Assembly: GCA_964543035.1 (NCBI GenBank)
Contig: CAZIVL010000002.1
Span: 150,948-214,947 of the forward strand
Length of the DNA stretch: 64,000 nt
Direction: 5' to 3'
Origin: an uncultured Gammaproteobacteria bacterium
Lineage (GTDB): Bacteria > Patescibacteriota > Microgenomatia > CAZETR01 > Amesbacteraceae
Part shown: piece by piece, positions 37,547 through 47,414 of the stretch
Position numbering within the stretch: position 1 is the first letter of the stretch
How the letters are laid out: each line of letters starts with the position of its first letter
The notes under the pieces: generated by a model
What the model saw: only the letters and a program-made list of their open reading frames with translations
Told to the model about the DNA's origin: nothing
Database searches by the model: none
Translations under genes and position numbers: made by a program

Positions 37547-38935
37547 ATGTCTGACACCTCATTGGATCCCGTGGCTACGGATGCGTCCGTATCTGACACT
37601 ACTTCTGGAATCGCCCCGAAATCGGTGATGCGACCTGGTGTGGTGCGGGTCATCGGCCGAGTGGCTCCCAGACAAAATAATTATCCTCAGCAAAATCAAA
37701 ATCAGAGCCAGTCATATCAATCCAGACCGCAAAACAATTATCGACCTAGACCTCAGATGAATCAAAATTACAACAACAACCCAGCCCCCGTACCCATGAT
37801 GAATGAGCGAGTGCTTCCAGATGCGGATCTACCGACTGAGTTTGTCGAAGGATTTTTGGACGTCACACCCGATGGACATGGATATCTAAGGCCCAAGATG
37901 GTGCCGTCTTCTAAAGATGTCTATATCTCGTCCTCACAAGTACGCAGATTTAATCTGAGACCGGGAGACATGGTAGGGGGACAAGCTCGAGAGCCTAAAG
38001 ACAATGAGAGATATTGGGGACTTCTCAAGGTCGAAAAAGTCAATGGAGTGACTCCTGAGGAAGCAGCGACCAGACCGGAGTTTGAGCATATGACTGCTGT
38101 GTTTCCGGATAGTCAACTCATGCTTGAGACCAAGCCGGAGATGCTCGCGACCCGAATAATTGATTTGATTGCACCAATTGGTAAGGGTCAGCGCGGAATA
38201 ATTGTCGCTCAGCCGAAAGCCGGAAAGACATGGCTCTTGCGAGAAATATCCGAGGCCTTGTCTGAAAACTATCCTGACATGCACCTCATGGCAGTCCTCA
38301 TTGGAGAAAGACCAGAAGAAGTTACCGAGATCACCCGAAGCCTTAAAGGAGAAGTAGCTGCGTCGCATTTTGACGAGCCGCCTTTGGAACAGGTGAGGAT
38401 CGCGGAACTGGCTCTGGAACGAGCTAAGAGGCTGGTGGAAATGGGTAAAGACGTATTTATCCTTCTGGACTCCATTACGAGACTAGCTCGGGCTTATAAC
38501 TTGATTTCTTCCGGATCTTCTCGAATGCTGTCGGGAGGATTTTCGGCAGAAGCCATATATCCTGCTAAGAAAGCCTTTGGGGCAGCTCGCAAATTTGAAG
38601 AAGGTGGGTCTCTCACTATCTTGGGGACGGCTCTGGTTGACACAGGATCTCGTATGGATGATCTGATCTATGAAGAGTTTAAGGGTACTGGCAACATGGA
38701 GCTGCACCTGGACCGCAGATTGGCTGATAGACGGGTGTTTCCGGCCTTTGAGCTACTGAAGTCGGGTACCCGCGGAGAAGAGAAGCTGTTGGGTGACAGG
38801 TATGACAAGATCTTGCAGCTGCGTCGCATGCTGGATCTTCTGGGTGAAGAAGAGCGCACAGAGCTACTCATTGCCAAGATGAAAAAGACCAAGACAAATG
38901 AAGAGTTTTTGAATTCACTTACTAAGTCTGGATAA
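37547..38935 (+). CDS. rho: transcription termination factor Rho with N-terminal Q/N-rich low-complexity insertion
   Basis: P-loop [22 protein letters not shown], RecA-like core; N-terminal [36 protein letters not shown]. Confidence 0.9.
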   Translation: MSDTSLDPVATDASVSDTTSGIAPKSVMRPGVVRVIGRVAPRQNNYPQQNQNQSQSYQSRPQNNYRPRPQMNQNYNNNPAPVPMMNERVLPDADLPTEFVEGFLDVTPDGHGYLRPKMVPSSKDVYISSSQVRRFNLRPGDMVGGQAREPKDNERYWGLLKVEKVNGVTPEEAATRPEFEHMTAVFPDSQLMLETKPEMLATRIIDLIAPIGKGQRGIIVAQPKAGKTWLLREISEALSENYPDMHLMAVLIGERPEEVTEITRSLKGEVAASHFDEPPLEQVRIAELALERAKRLVEMGKDVFILLDSITRLARAYNLISSGSSRMLSGGFSAEAIYPAKKAFGAARKFEEGGSLTILGTALVDTGSRMDDLIYEEFKGTGNMELHLDRRLADRRVFPAFELLKSGTRGEEKLLGDRYDKILQLRRMLDLLGEEERTELLIAKMKKTKTNEEFLNSLTKSG

Positions 38936-39117
38936 TTTTTAACGATTTTGTTCATTCTTTTGCTTGTCCAAAAGAACGAACCAAGAAAAAGACCCCTCAG
39001 GCTCGCTACAAATTCTTCGCAAGACTGGAATAGTGCCCCGCCTATGGGCGGGGCCTACTCTCCAGATCAAGGAAGCTTGCTTGAATTTGTTTTACGCTCC
39101 CGCTTCGGGATGTTAAT

Positions 39118-39369
39118 TTAGGAATTATGACGTGTAGTATTTCGAACTTGATTGGCAATTTCTACTATTTCAACAGGAATTCTCCCTGCTTCGGCTAAAT
39201 CCATAAAAGCGACCGCTGTTCTGGAAAAGTCTTCATCGTCGGCTGCTAAAGCTGCACGCTGTGCATAATCTGCAAAATTGAATTGAGGATCTGGAAAATT
39301 ACCCTCTTGTTCAGAGTTTGAAGCTCGTCTTGCCATCGATTCGATTTTTTGTAAATTGGTGCGACTCAT
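39118..39369 (-). CDS. small acidic hypothetical protein with strong SD
   Basis: 83 aa; GGAGGTG 7 nt upstream of ATG on minus strand. Confidence 0.45.
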   Translation of the reverse strand: MSRTNLQKIESMARRASNSEQEGNFPDPQFNFADYAQRAALAADDEDFSRTAVAFMDLAEAGRIPVEIVEIANQVRNTTRHNS

Positions 39370-39575
39370 AAAATCACCTCCTCTCCCACTAAAAAACCCG
39401 CCTTTTGCGGGTTAATTTGTAAATGAGAAACGAATATTACCTCACATGCAAACTACCCCGCTGTGCGGGTACTAGTAGCAAGTTGAGGTTTTGGGCGTAC
39501 ATAGCTTTGTGATTGAGGCAAATTTTACCGTGGGTCTTGATGCAAGTAAAGTAGAGGGCGTAAAATCCACAAATT

Positions 39576-39986
39576 ATGTGGAAGGATAAGGTCACAAAAC
39601 TGTTTGAAACTGAGCGGGAGTTACTAGTGCGAGCTCGGGATCATGCCAAGGCGACACGTGACAGCGCGCCGACTGCTAATGAATCTCATTCGGATACTAC
39701 TAGATCTGAGCATGAGAAATTGGTGTCTGCACTAGATGAGCAGATATGGCTACTTGATCAAGGGATGAAGTCTCTGGAAAAAAGTGAAGTGGGATATTTT
39801 GAAATCAATAACGGGGGGACAAAGATGAAACTGGTAGTTGTGCCAGAAGGTATGGGAGGCAAGAAAATTGACGATGTACAGGTCATATCCGTGACTACTC
39901 CACTGGGGGTCGTCTTGAAGGGACAAGTGGCGGGTGCTACAGTAGATCTCAATGGGAGAAAGGTCGAGATACTAGATGCGAAATGA
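39576..39986 (+). CDS. GreA/GreB-like C-terminal (FKBP-fold) domain protein
   Basis: C-terminal VISVTTPLGVVLKGQVAGATVDLNGRKVEILD resembles Gre-factor IS..SPlG.ALlGk.vGd.v motif; N-terminal helical region. Confidence 0.5.
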   Translation: MWKDKVTKLFETERELLVRARDHAKATRDSAPTANESHSDTTRSEHEKLVSALDEQIWLLDQGMKSLEKSEVGYFEINNGGTKMKLVVVPEGMGGKKIDDVQVISVTTPLGVVLKGQVAGATVDLNGRKVEILDAK

Positions 39987-40224
39987 TGGAGTGGCTTTTT
40001 GGTTTGTGATGCTACTGATAATTGCGGGAGTAGTGTGGGGGACTGTGATTGTAAGGAATTGGGGGAATGAATATGAAGGACAGATGTGTTCTGACTTGGG
40101 TCCACATTGTCCAGGAGGATATAGCTGTGTATCTGGGAAGTGTAATTTTGTGGTGGATCTAACTGGCCTCAACAAGTTTTTTGACGAGATCCTCAAGGTG
40201 CCAGCCGCGGCTGGACTTGATTAG
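39976..40224 (+). CDS. small membrane/Cys protein (uncertain; overlaps murF 3' end convergently)
   Basis: 82 aa with one TM and CPGGYSCVSGKC. Confidence 0.25.
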   Translation: MRNDGVAFWFVMLLIIAGVVWGTVIVRNWGNEYEGQMCSDLGPHCPGGYSCVSGKCNFVVDLTGLNKFFDEILKVPAAAGLD

Positions 40225-41274
40225 TATCAAGTATTTTGTATCTAGTATTTTGTATATTGCATTGTAAAGATCTGATGGATTGTCGAAATAATGGCCTAGG
40301 CCTGCGTATTTGATAGTGTGTTTGGTTGCGGGGCCCAAACAATATAAATGTTTAATGTTTAATGATTTAATTTTTAGTCCGATTTCTTCGTGGGCAGATT
40401 TCTCGTACTGGCCTAATTCATTCATTTGGCCGAAGACGAAGACGGGAGTTTTTTTGAGCTTCTTTGCGGTTTCGATGAGAGCTGTGAGAGCTTCACGAGT
40501 GGCCAAAGGATTGGCATTGTATGTATCGTCGATGATGTAACCGCCGTTTTGAAGCTTGATGAGATTCATGCGGTGAGGAGGAGGGGTGAAAGTTGTAAGT
40601 TGTTGGTTGTAAGTTGTTGGTGAGACACCTAATAGCTCGGCGGTTTTGGCTGCAAGCGAGGCATTGAGTTTGAAATGATTTCCGATAAGAGTAGCTGGTA
40701 GCTGATAGTCTTTAGTCTTTAGCTTTATAACCTGGCCAGTCGTGTTGATTTCAATATTTGGATCAGAGTCGGGAATGATCAGATACTTGGCATTTTTTCC
40801 AATGAGACCCTTTTCATGAGCGACTGTTTTGAGATCCCCAAAGTGGAGAGTATGAGTAAGATTGACGGCGGTAATGATGGCAATATCTGGTCTGGCGAGC
40901 CAAGTATAAAAAGTCATATCTCCGATGTATTCCACACCCATTTCTAGAATGAGATATCTGGTGGCTGGGGTGCAGCGAAGGATGGTAGTGGGAATGTTGT
41001 AAGTCGGAGTGATATTGGCTGTGGTGGCCACTGTGGGGCCCTGGGAGGCTAGGATTGAGGCCAGCATGTCCTTGGTGGTCGTCTTGCCCACAGAGCCAGT
41101 AATGGCGATGACTTGGAGGCCGAAGAGGTTTTGGAGAAGCCAGAGGTAATATTTGGCCAATCTACGTTTGATAGGGTGAAAGAACCAATGGTTGAGGGGA
41201 TTGGGCTTGGGGGAGGGGAAAATCTCTTCTTTTGGCAGAGGCCCAAGCCAGATACGAATCAGATTCAAGAGCAT
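40159..41274 (-). CDS. murF: UDP-MurNAc-tripeptide--D-Ala-D-Ala ligase MurF, N-terminally short
   Basis: Mur ligase P-loop AITGSVGKTTTKDM and C-terminal domain; start set at Met43 of the ORF to avoid overlap with divergent ddl. Confidence 0.8.
   Translation of the reverse strand: MLLNLIRIWLGPLPKEEIFPSPKPNPLNHWFFHPIKRRLAKYYLWLLQNLFGLQVIAITGSVGKTTTKDMLASILASQGPTVATTANITPTYNIPTTILRCTPATRYLILEMGVEYIGDMTFYTWLARPDIAIITAVNLTHTLHFGDLKTVAHEKGLIGKNAKYLIIPDSDPNIEINTTGQVIKLKTKDYQLPATLIGNHFKLNASLAAKTAELLGVSPTTYNQQLTTFTPPPHRMNLIKLQNGGYIIDDTYNANPLATREALTALIETAKKLKKTPVFVFGQMNELGQYEKSAHEEIGLKIKSLNIKHLYCLGPATKHTIKYAGLGHYFDNPSDLYNAIYKILDTKYLILIKSSRGWHLEDLVKKLVEAS
40224..40258 (+). repeat. phased heptanucleotide repeat (GTATNNN)x5 within murF C-terminal coding sequence (opposite strand)
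   Basis: GTATcaaGTATtttGTATctaGTATtttGTATatt; encodes AIYKILDTKYLIL on the minus strand. Confidence 0.7.
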
Positions 41275-41302
41275 TGTATAGCCATTATATAATGGTTCGA
41301 CA

Positions 41303-42250
41303 ATGAGAAAGCTGAGAGTAGGTTTGGTGTTTGGGGGCAAATCGGGAGAACACGAGGTGTCAGTAAGATCGGCGGAGTCGATACGAAATAGTTTGGACAA
41401 ATCTAAATATGAAGTTATAGATATTTTTGTGAATAAAGATGGTCAATTTGAAATGGACAAGTTAAAGAGAGTCGACGTGGTGTTTTCAATTATTCATGGA
41501 ACTTACGGGGAGGATGGAAGTTTGCAGGGACTACTTGAGATGCTGGATGTGGCGTATGTAGGAGCGGGAGTGCTGGGATCGGCTGTCGGGATGGATAAGG
41601 ATGTGCAAAAGAGACTAATGTCCCAAGCAGGAATTGCCGTGGCTAAGTCTTGGGTAATTAAAAAACCTCAAAAATTGAGAGTAAAGTTTCCAGTGTATGT
41701 AAAGCCTGTAAATATGGGTTCGTCAGTTGGAGTGAGTAAGGCCAAAGATGAGAAAAGCCTGGGGGAGGCAATTAAAGAAGCATTTAGATATGACACAAAA
41801 GTAATAATTGAAGAAGAGGTGAGGGGGAGAGAGATAGAAGTGTCAGTATTGGGCAACGAAGACCCCATTGCGTCTGTGCCGGGGGAAATAGTTCCGGTGG
41901 GGCATGAGTTTTATGACTATGAGGCTAAGTATCTGGATGAAAATGGGGCGAGATTGGAAATTCCTGCTAAGTTGCAATGGTCCAAAGTGGCAGAGGTACA
42001 AAGGGTTGCGATTAAAGCCTACAAAACTTTGGAGTGCTGTGGGATGGCCAGGGTGGATATGTTTTTGACATCGACTGGGAAAATAGTCGTGAATGAAATA
42101 AACACTCTGCCGGGATTTACTAGTATATCCATGTATCCGAAACTGTGGGAAGCATCAGGATTGTCTTACTCAAAATTGTTGGATCGATTAATCGAACTGG
42201 CGATTGAGAAGAAGAGACAGAAGGACAAGCTAAAAAGAAGCTATAATTAA
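41303..42250 (+). CDS. ddl: D-alanine--D-alanine ligase
   Basis: VGLVFGGKSGEHEVSVRSA N-terminus, ATP-grasp motifs. Confidence 0.9.
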   Translation: MRKLRVGLVFGGKSGEHEVSVRSAESIRNSLDKSKYEVIDIFVNKDGQFEMDKLKRVDVVFSIIHGTYGEDGSLQGLLEMLDVAYVGAGVLGSAVGMDKDVQKRLMSQAGIAVAKSWVIKKPQKLRVKFPVYVKPVNMGSSVGVSKAKDEKSLGEAIKEAFRYDTKVIIEEEVRGREIEVSVLGNEDPIASVPGEIVPVGHEFYDYEAKYLDENGARLEIPAKLQWSKVAEVQRVAIKAYKTLECCGMARVDMFLTSTGKIVVNEINTLPGFTSISMYPKLWEASGLSYSKLLDRLIELAIEKKRQKDKLKRSYN

Positions 42251-42690
42251 GTTTGTTGTTTCGGAAGTACCATTTTGAGAGCAGCTATTGCAATTTCGTG
42301 ACCTTCTGCCCGTTGTCTATTGTCCCATTGTTGTTCTCTGGTAAGTGCTTGGAGTCTCATGAGGCCGTTTGAGAATTCGTAGGTTTCTAACTCGGGCATT
42401 TCAGATCTAAGAAGAGTCTCTTGCACCCTGGAAAGAGTTTCACCCGTTCTGCGGTCGTCGTTGAACCAGGTTCCAGCGATGCCATTATATTCTTCAGTCT
42501 GTACTTTGCAGCGCTTCAAAGCGTTTTCATGAGCTTGCAGCAATAATTCATTTTTGGCCTGAGGGGATAATTCAACTAAGTTTAAAATTGTTTGTAAGGC
42601 TTCAACTTGACCGATGGCTGCAAGATTCCCTGCTGCGGCTTCTAATCGATTATAGACCTGTTCTGGTGTGTATCTCTGATCCTCTGCCAT
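42247..42690 (-). CDS. hypothetical protein
   Basis: 147 aa ORF between ddl and murB. Confidence 0.45.
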   Translation of the reverse strand: MAEDQRYTPEQVYNRLEAAAGNLAAIGQVEALQTILNLVELSPQAKNELLLQAHENALKRCKVQTEEYNGIAGTWFNDDRRTGETLSRVQETLLRSEMPELETYEFSNGLMRLQALTREQQWDNRQRAEGHEIAIAALKMVLPKQQT

Positions 42691-42707
42691 TGCACTATTG
42701 TATCATT

Positions 42708-43724
42708 TTAAACTACTTTTACCTCATACTCGAGATTTATGTCAAAATTCGTTTTGATGTCCTGTCGCATTAGTTCGGCATATTCACAGATCTCCTGACC
42801 AGTGGCTCCGCCGAGATTGATCACATACAAAGCTTGGTTAGGTGAGGTGGAGACACGTCCTACAGTTTTACCTTTCCAGCCTAGAACGTCTAGCAATTTT
42901 CCTGCTGGAATCTTTACTTTTTCTGGTAAGTTTTGATCAGACACATACTCTAACTTTTCTTGTGGGTACCACTGAAGTCCGGGGATGTTTGAAGCCAGAA
43001 GCTGGTATTTTTCTTTCGTCACAACAGGATTTTTGAAAAAGCTGCCTGCGGTACCTATCGATTCGGGATTAGGTAGTTTTGAATTTCTGATTTTTAGTAT
43101 TGTGTCATAAACGTCTTTCAGGGTCGGATTATCTATCTTTGCTAATTCGGACTGGAGAGAGACGCGACTGTCAAAATAGCTGGCGTTTATTTGAGGATTT
43201 TTTGAGAGTCTGTAAACTACGTTTGTAATCAGAAAGTTTGGCTGGTGTTTGAAGAGGCTAGTTCGGTAATCGAACTCACATTTTGAATTTGTAAGGACTA
43301 AACCTTTTTTGCTCACGACATCGAAAACACTGACATTTTGAATTACATCTTGTTGGTTGCCACCATAGGCTGCGATGTTTCCAGCCACTGCTCCGCCAAT
43401 TGTACTGGGGATGCCGGCCATGTTTTCTAAGCCTGAGAGATTTTGATCCACAGACCAAGTTACTAGATCTTGCCAGTTTTCTCCTGCTGCTACCTCGATG
43501 TCCACATAATCAGCGGTTTCTTTGACTGTCTTGCGACCTTTTAAATTGATTTTGATAACAGTCCCTGGAAAATCGTGGGTGAATAAGATATTTGCACCGA
43601 GTCCTAAGAACAGGAAGGGCTCGGAGGGGTTGATCTGGGTAAGATCAGAATGGTCATTTATTTCGAGAAAATTTTTGGTGTGAGCTGAGACGTGGAGAGT
43701 GTTGAGGTGTGATAAATCAAACAT
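42708..43724 (-). CDS. murB: UDP-N-acetylenolpyruvoylglucosamine reductase
   Basis: FAD-binding FLGLGANILF, GGATGQEI-like C-terminal motifs. Confidence 0.85.
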   Translation of the reverse strand: MFDLSHLNTLHVSAHTKNFLEINDHSDLTQINPSEPFLFLGLGANILFTHDFPGTVIKINLKGRKTVKETADYVDIEVAAGENWQDLVTWSVDQNLSGLENMAGIPSTIGGAVAGNIAAYGGNQQDVIQNVSVFDVVSKKGLVLTNSKCEFDYRTSLFKHQPNFLITNVVYRLSKNPQINASYFDSRVSLQSELAKIDNPTLKDVYDTILKIRNSKLPNPESIGTAGSFFKNPVVTKEKYQLLASNIPGLQWYPQEKLEYVSDQNLPEKVKIPAGKLLDVLGWKGKTVGRVSTSPNQALYVINLGGATGQEICEYAELMRQDIKTNFDINLEYEVKVV

Positions 43725-45014
43725 TTAGACCTCCTCGATGCTGGCTCCTAAGGAAATGAGATTTTTTACAAAGTTTGGGTGGCCGCGGTGGAGTGAGTCA
43801 GCATTTTTGATTGTAGTTTCGCCCTCTGCAATGAACGCCGCCATACACATGCTGATTACAGCTCGGATGATGTAAGGGGCTTCGAGGGTAGCGCCTGATA
43901 GTTTGTTGCCACCGGCGACTATGACTCGGTGAGGGTCGCACATAGTGAGGTTGGCGCCCATTTTTAGAAACTCTGAAGTCCAGAATAAACCTGATTCGTA
44001 CATCCAGTTGTGAAAAAGAGCTGTGCCTGTGGGAGAGGCGAGAGCTAGAGGAATAAAAAGGGGAAGCATGTCTACGGGAAGCGCTGGCCATGGTTGAGCT
44101 CTCACGATCATGGCTGAATCGGTCCTGGTGATTTTTGGATGTTGATTTGGATCTAGTATGGCTGTGTCATTTTCGTAGCGAATGTTGATGCCGAATTTGG
44201 CAAATTCACGATTGATAGAAATAAACTGTTCTGGAATGGCATTTGAAACTGAAACCCCCCCACCTGTTAATGCTCCAAGACTTAAGAAAGTACTGATCTC
44301 ATAATGATCGGAGATAACGTGATGATCTACTGGCGAGAGCGTGTGACCCCCATCGATTGTGATGACACTACTGCCGATGCCCTGGATTTTGGCCCCACAT
44401 TTGTTTAGAAAATTGCACAGGTCTTGGACATTGGGTTCAGTGGCGGCATTGAAAATGGTGGTAATCCCCGGAAGGCTGGTAGCAAACATAATGACGTTTT
44501 CGGTGACTGTGGGGCTGGTCTCTAAAAGCCAGATGAGTCCTGACTTGGCAGAAGATGAATCTAACACTACACGATTTTCTTCAGCTTTGACCTTGACCCC
44601 CAAGTCCTCAAAAGCTTGGTAGTGAGCGTCTATGGGCCTGGCTCCTAAGGTGCATCCAGCTGGCTGCTCTGAGCTCTCGGCTTTTTTGAAACGAGCCAGA
44701 AGTGGTCCCCAGAGAAGAGTAGTGCCGCGAATGCCTTTGGTCGTGGCTAAGCCCTCTTGGCTAACTGAATTGTGGGAAACCTGAGAGTTGTCTATGGTCA
44801 CCGTCTGGGTGGGTTTGTCCCAGACGATTTTGCTACCCAGTTGTGTAAGAATCTCGATTAGACGGGTGACGTCTGTAATGTCAGGGACATTGGTATACGT
44901 GACTGGCTTGTCGAACAAAAGTGAGGCAGGAATGAGAGCAACTATGGAATTTTTTGAACCTGATGGAGTAATTTTTCCTGAAATAACCTGACCACCTTTG
45001 ATCTTAATATCCAT
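43725..45014 (-). CDS. murA: UDP-N-acetylglucosamine 1-carboxyvinyltransferase
   Basis: MDIKIKGGQVISGKITPSGSKNS N-terminus typical of MurA/EPSP-fold. Confidence 0.9.
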   Translation of the reverse strand: MDIKIKGGQVISGKITPSGSKNSIVALIPASLLFDKPVTYTNVPDITDVTRLIEILTQLGSKIVWDKPTQTVTIDNSQVSHNSVSQEGLATTKGIRGTTLLWGPLLARFKKAESSEQPAGCTLGARPIDAHYQAFEDLGVKVKAEENRVVLDSSSAKSGLIWLLETSPTVTENVIMFATSLPGITTIFNAATEPNVQDLCNFLNKCGAKIQGIGSSVITIDGGHTLSPVDHHVISDHYEISTFLSLGALTGGGVSVSNAIPEQFISINREFAKFGINIRYENDTAILDPNQHPKITRTDSAMIVRAQPWPALPVDMLPLFIPLALASPTGTALFHNWMYESGLFWTSEFLKMGANLTMCDPHRVIVAGGNKLSGATLEAPYIIRAVISMCMAAFIAEGETTIKNADSLHRGHPNFVKNLISLGASIEEV

Positions 45015-45272
45015 GGGAGATTTATTATACGTGTTTGATCAAGGAGAAAAGAGGACCTTGTTTATATGCCTGACTGTCTTGAGGGGAAAGTAGTGCGTGT
45101 ATTGCACACACAACTGGGATAACTGTTACATCGTATGAACCGGCGTCGGGTTGTTCTCCCTGAGATGCGCATATTGGACATTGATTTATAGTTTGCAGGG
45201 GTTTGTGTACTTTTGGACCAAGATCAGGGCTTGTCATTGTCACTATTTTACATCCTGTAGTACAATTGATCA

Positions 45273-46124
45273 ATGTCGCCTGAAGGTGAATCTGGAGAAA
45301 AGCTGAGAGCCTCGGTGGAGAAATACAGGAATTTGAGGCCATTGAACTTAGTGCCAGGTGTACAGTACGGTTTCTCTGATGCTTCGTTTGGGAATATGGC
45401 TTATTCGAAAGCAGATCAGTGGCCAGGACAAGATGTTGGCGCAAATAGACGCAGGTTTGCACAAATTGCCGGTTTTGATGAGAAGGATATGGTTGTGATG
45501 TCTCCGGTGCACGGATTGAACATATTAAATGTTGGCCGAGACGATATTGGAAAGAATTTGCCAGTTGCCGATGGACTGATTACGACAGAACCAAACGTTG
45601 TCTTGGGACTGTGTCCGGCCGATTGTGGACCAATACTTATTTCTAATAGAAATGCCGATTTTGTTGCATTGCTACATGCCGGATTACAAGGGGCTGAAAA
45701 AGGAATAATTTCTAAAGGGGTAAAAATGCTTGGAGAGATGGGGTTTGATCCGAGGGAAATGGTTGCAGGGGTGGGCCCTATGATAGGGTGTTATCCGGGA
45801 ACTTGGATTGATACAAACACACCCGATTTATGGATGCCTCACATAGATGTTCCAGGGGTGGGATTGTCAGGCGTGGAAGTAGTTAGGGTTGGAGAAAGTT
45901 TTAGAATTAAGCCTAAGAATTCAGGTGATGTAATGTGGGTCGAGATGCAAAATTTCTGCAGAGACGGATTGGAGAATGCTGGAATACCAAAAGAAAATAT
46001 AGGAGTTTCGGGGTTCTGTACTTCTTGTGGGGCAGAGCAAGGTACGGCTTTTTCCCATACAGTCTCTGTTCGTGACAGCAAGCCTATTGGAAGATTCTTG
46101 GCCGAAGTGGAGATTGCGCGTTAG
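45273..46124 (+). CDS. pgeF: PgeF/YfiH (DUF152) purine-nucleoside phosphorylase/peptidoglycan editing factor family protein
   Basis: CPADCGPILI...ALLHAGLQGAEKGI matches the YfiH ADC...HAGWRG core. Confidence 0.75.
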   Translation: MSPEGESGEKLRASVEKYRNLRPLNLVPGVQYGFSDASFGNMAYSKADQWPGQDVGANRRRFAQIAGFDEKDMVVMSPVHGLNILNVGRDDIGKNLPVADGLITTEPNVVLGLCPADCGPILISNRNADFVALLHAGLQGAEKGIISKGVKMLGEMGFDPREMVAGVGPMIGCYPGTWIDTNTPDLWMPHIDVPGVGLSGVEVVRVGESFRIKPKNSGDVMWVEMQNFCRDGLENAGIPKENIGVSGFCTSCGAEQGTAFSHTVSVRDSKPIGRFLAEVEIAR

Positions 46125-46133
46125 AATGATGAT

Positions 46134-47414
46134 ATGAAGTGGGAAGGAAGAAAAGTAGCAATTTTGGGTTGGGCAGTTGATACGCGGGATGTTTCGGATT
46201 GGCTGGCCGGGCAGGGAGCGAAGATAACGGTTTATGACAAAAAGAGTGAAATGGAAGGAAAACGAGAAGATTTTGAATGGAGGTTGGGCCAAGACGAGTT
46301 TCTTGAATTAGAGAAATTTGATGTGATTGTGAGAACGCCTGGGATTCACAGATATAGACAGGATTTGATTGATGCTGAAAAAGCTGGTGTGGAGATAACT
46401 TCAAAGACGAAAATTTTCTTTGATGTGTGTCCGGCAAAAATAATTGGTGTGACTGGTACAAAGGGTAAGGGGACAACCTCGACTTTGATTTATGAGATGT
46501 TGAAAGCTGCTGGAAAAGATGTGTACATAGCGGGGAACATCGGTTTGGGAATGTTTGATTTTTTTGACAAATTAAACTCAGAATCGTGGATGGTTTTGGA
46601 ATTGTCATCTGCTCAGCTTATGGATTTACACAAGTCACCCCATATTGCAGCAGTGGTGATGACTACTTCAGACCACTTGGATTGGCATAAATCACTGGAA
46701 GAATATTTGGACTCTAAGGCCAATCTGACTAGATATCAAAAAGATACAGATTGGACTGTTATTAACAGTGGATATGAAGGCTCAAAATGGGTGGGAAGCC
46801 AGGGGGAAGGGAAAAAGGTGTTTGTGTCCCCGGATGATTTTGTAGGAAAAATACGTATGAAGGGAGAGCATCAGAGACAGAACGTAGCTGTGGCTGCGGC
46901 AGTGGCCAAGATAGTGGGAGTCGACGAGAAGATAATTCATCTGGTGGCAGAATCTTTTAAGGGTCTCGAACATAGGCTGGAGGAAGTAGCGACCGTGAAT
47001 GGAGTAACTTATTATGATGATTCGATTTCTACTGTGCCGGAGACGGCAATTGCTGCAATAAGATCCTTTGAAGAGTCAATTGTGCTGATTGCTGGTGGAA
47101 GCGAAAAAGGATCTGATTTTTCCGAGTTGGGAAAAGAGATCGTGAAGTGTGGGCATATACGAGCTGTAATGCTGATTGGAGAGATGGCTGATCGAATTGA
47201 AAAGGCGATAGAGGAAGCGGGGGGCGGAATAAATTTAGTAAAAGGGCTAAAAAACATGCAAGATATTGTAAAGAAAACTGTAGAGTTGGCCCAACCTGGA
47301 GACGTAGTGGTCTTATCACCGGCTGCTGCGAGTTTTGATATGTTTAAGAGTTATAAAGACAGAGGAGATCAATTTAAGTCAGAGGTAAACAATCTTAAAG
47401 CGCTTGGAGAATAA
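46134..47414 (+). CDS. murD: UDP-N-acetylmuramoylalanine--D-glutamate ligase
   Basis: N-terminal Rossmann KVAILGWAVDTRD..., P-loop GVTGTKGKGTTSTL. Confidence 0.85.
   Translation: MKWEGRKVAILGWAVDTRDVSDWLAGQGAKITVYDKKSEMEGKREDFEWRLGQDEFLELEKFDVIVRTPGIHRYRQDLIDAEKAGVEITSKTKIFFDVCPAKIIGVTGTKGKGTTSTLIYEMLKAAGKDVYIAGNIGLGMFDFFDKLNSESWMVLELSSAQLMDLHKSPHIAAVVMTTSDHLDWHKSLEEYLDSKANLTRYQKDTDWTVINSGYEGSKWVGSQGEGKKVFVSPDDFVGKIRMKGEHQRQNVAVAAAVAKIVGVDEKIIHLVAESFKGLEHRLEEVATVNGVTYYDDSISTVPETAIAAIRSFEESIVLIAGGSEKGSDFSELGKEIVKCGHIRAVMLIGEMADRIEKAIEEAGGGINLVKGLKNMQDIVKKTVELAQPGDVVVLSPAAASFDMFKSYKDRGDQFKSEVNNLKALGE

Noticed and set aside
38995-39030. GC hairpin GCCCCGCCtatgGGCGGGGC after rho as an intrinsic terminator
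   Set aside because: It is a perfect 8-bp stem but has no U-tract on either strand. It could be a Rho-dependent or processing signal, so it is not called as a terminator.
45025-45462. 145-aa minus-strand Cys-containing ORF
   Set aside because: Overlaps the well-supported plus-strand pgeF/YfiH gene start and occupies the divergent murA/pgeF promoter region. It is likely a spurious ORF, though its Cys-rich N-terminal part (CxxC...CPIC) in the 45015-45272 intergenic gap cannot be fully excluded.
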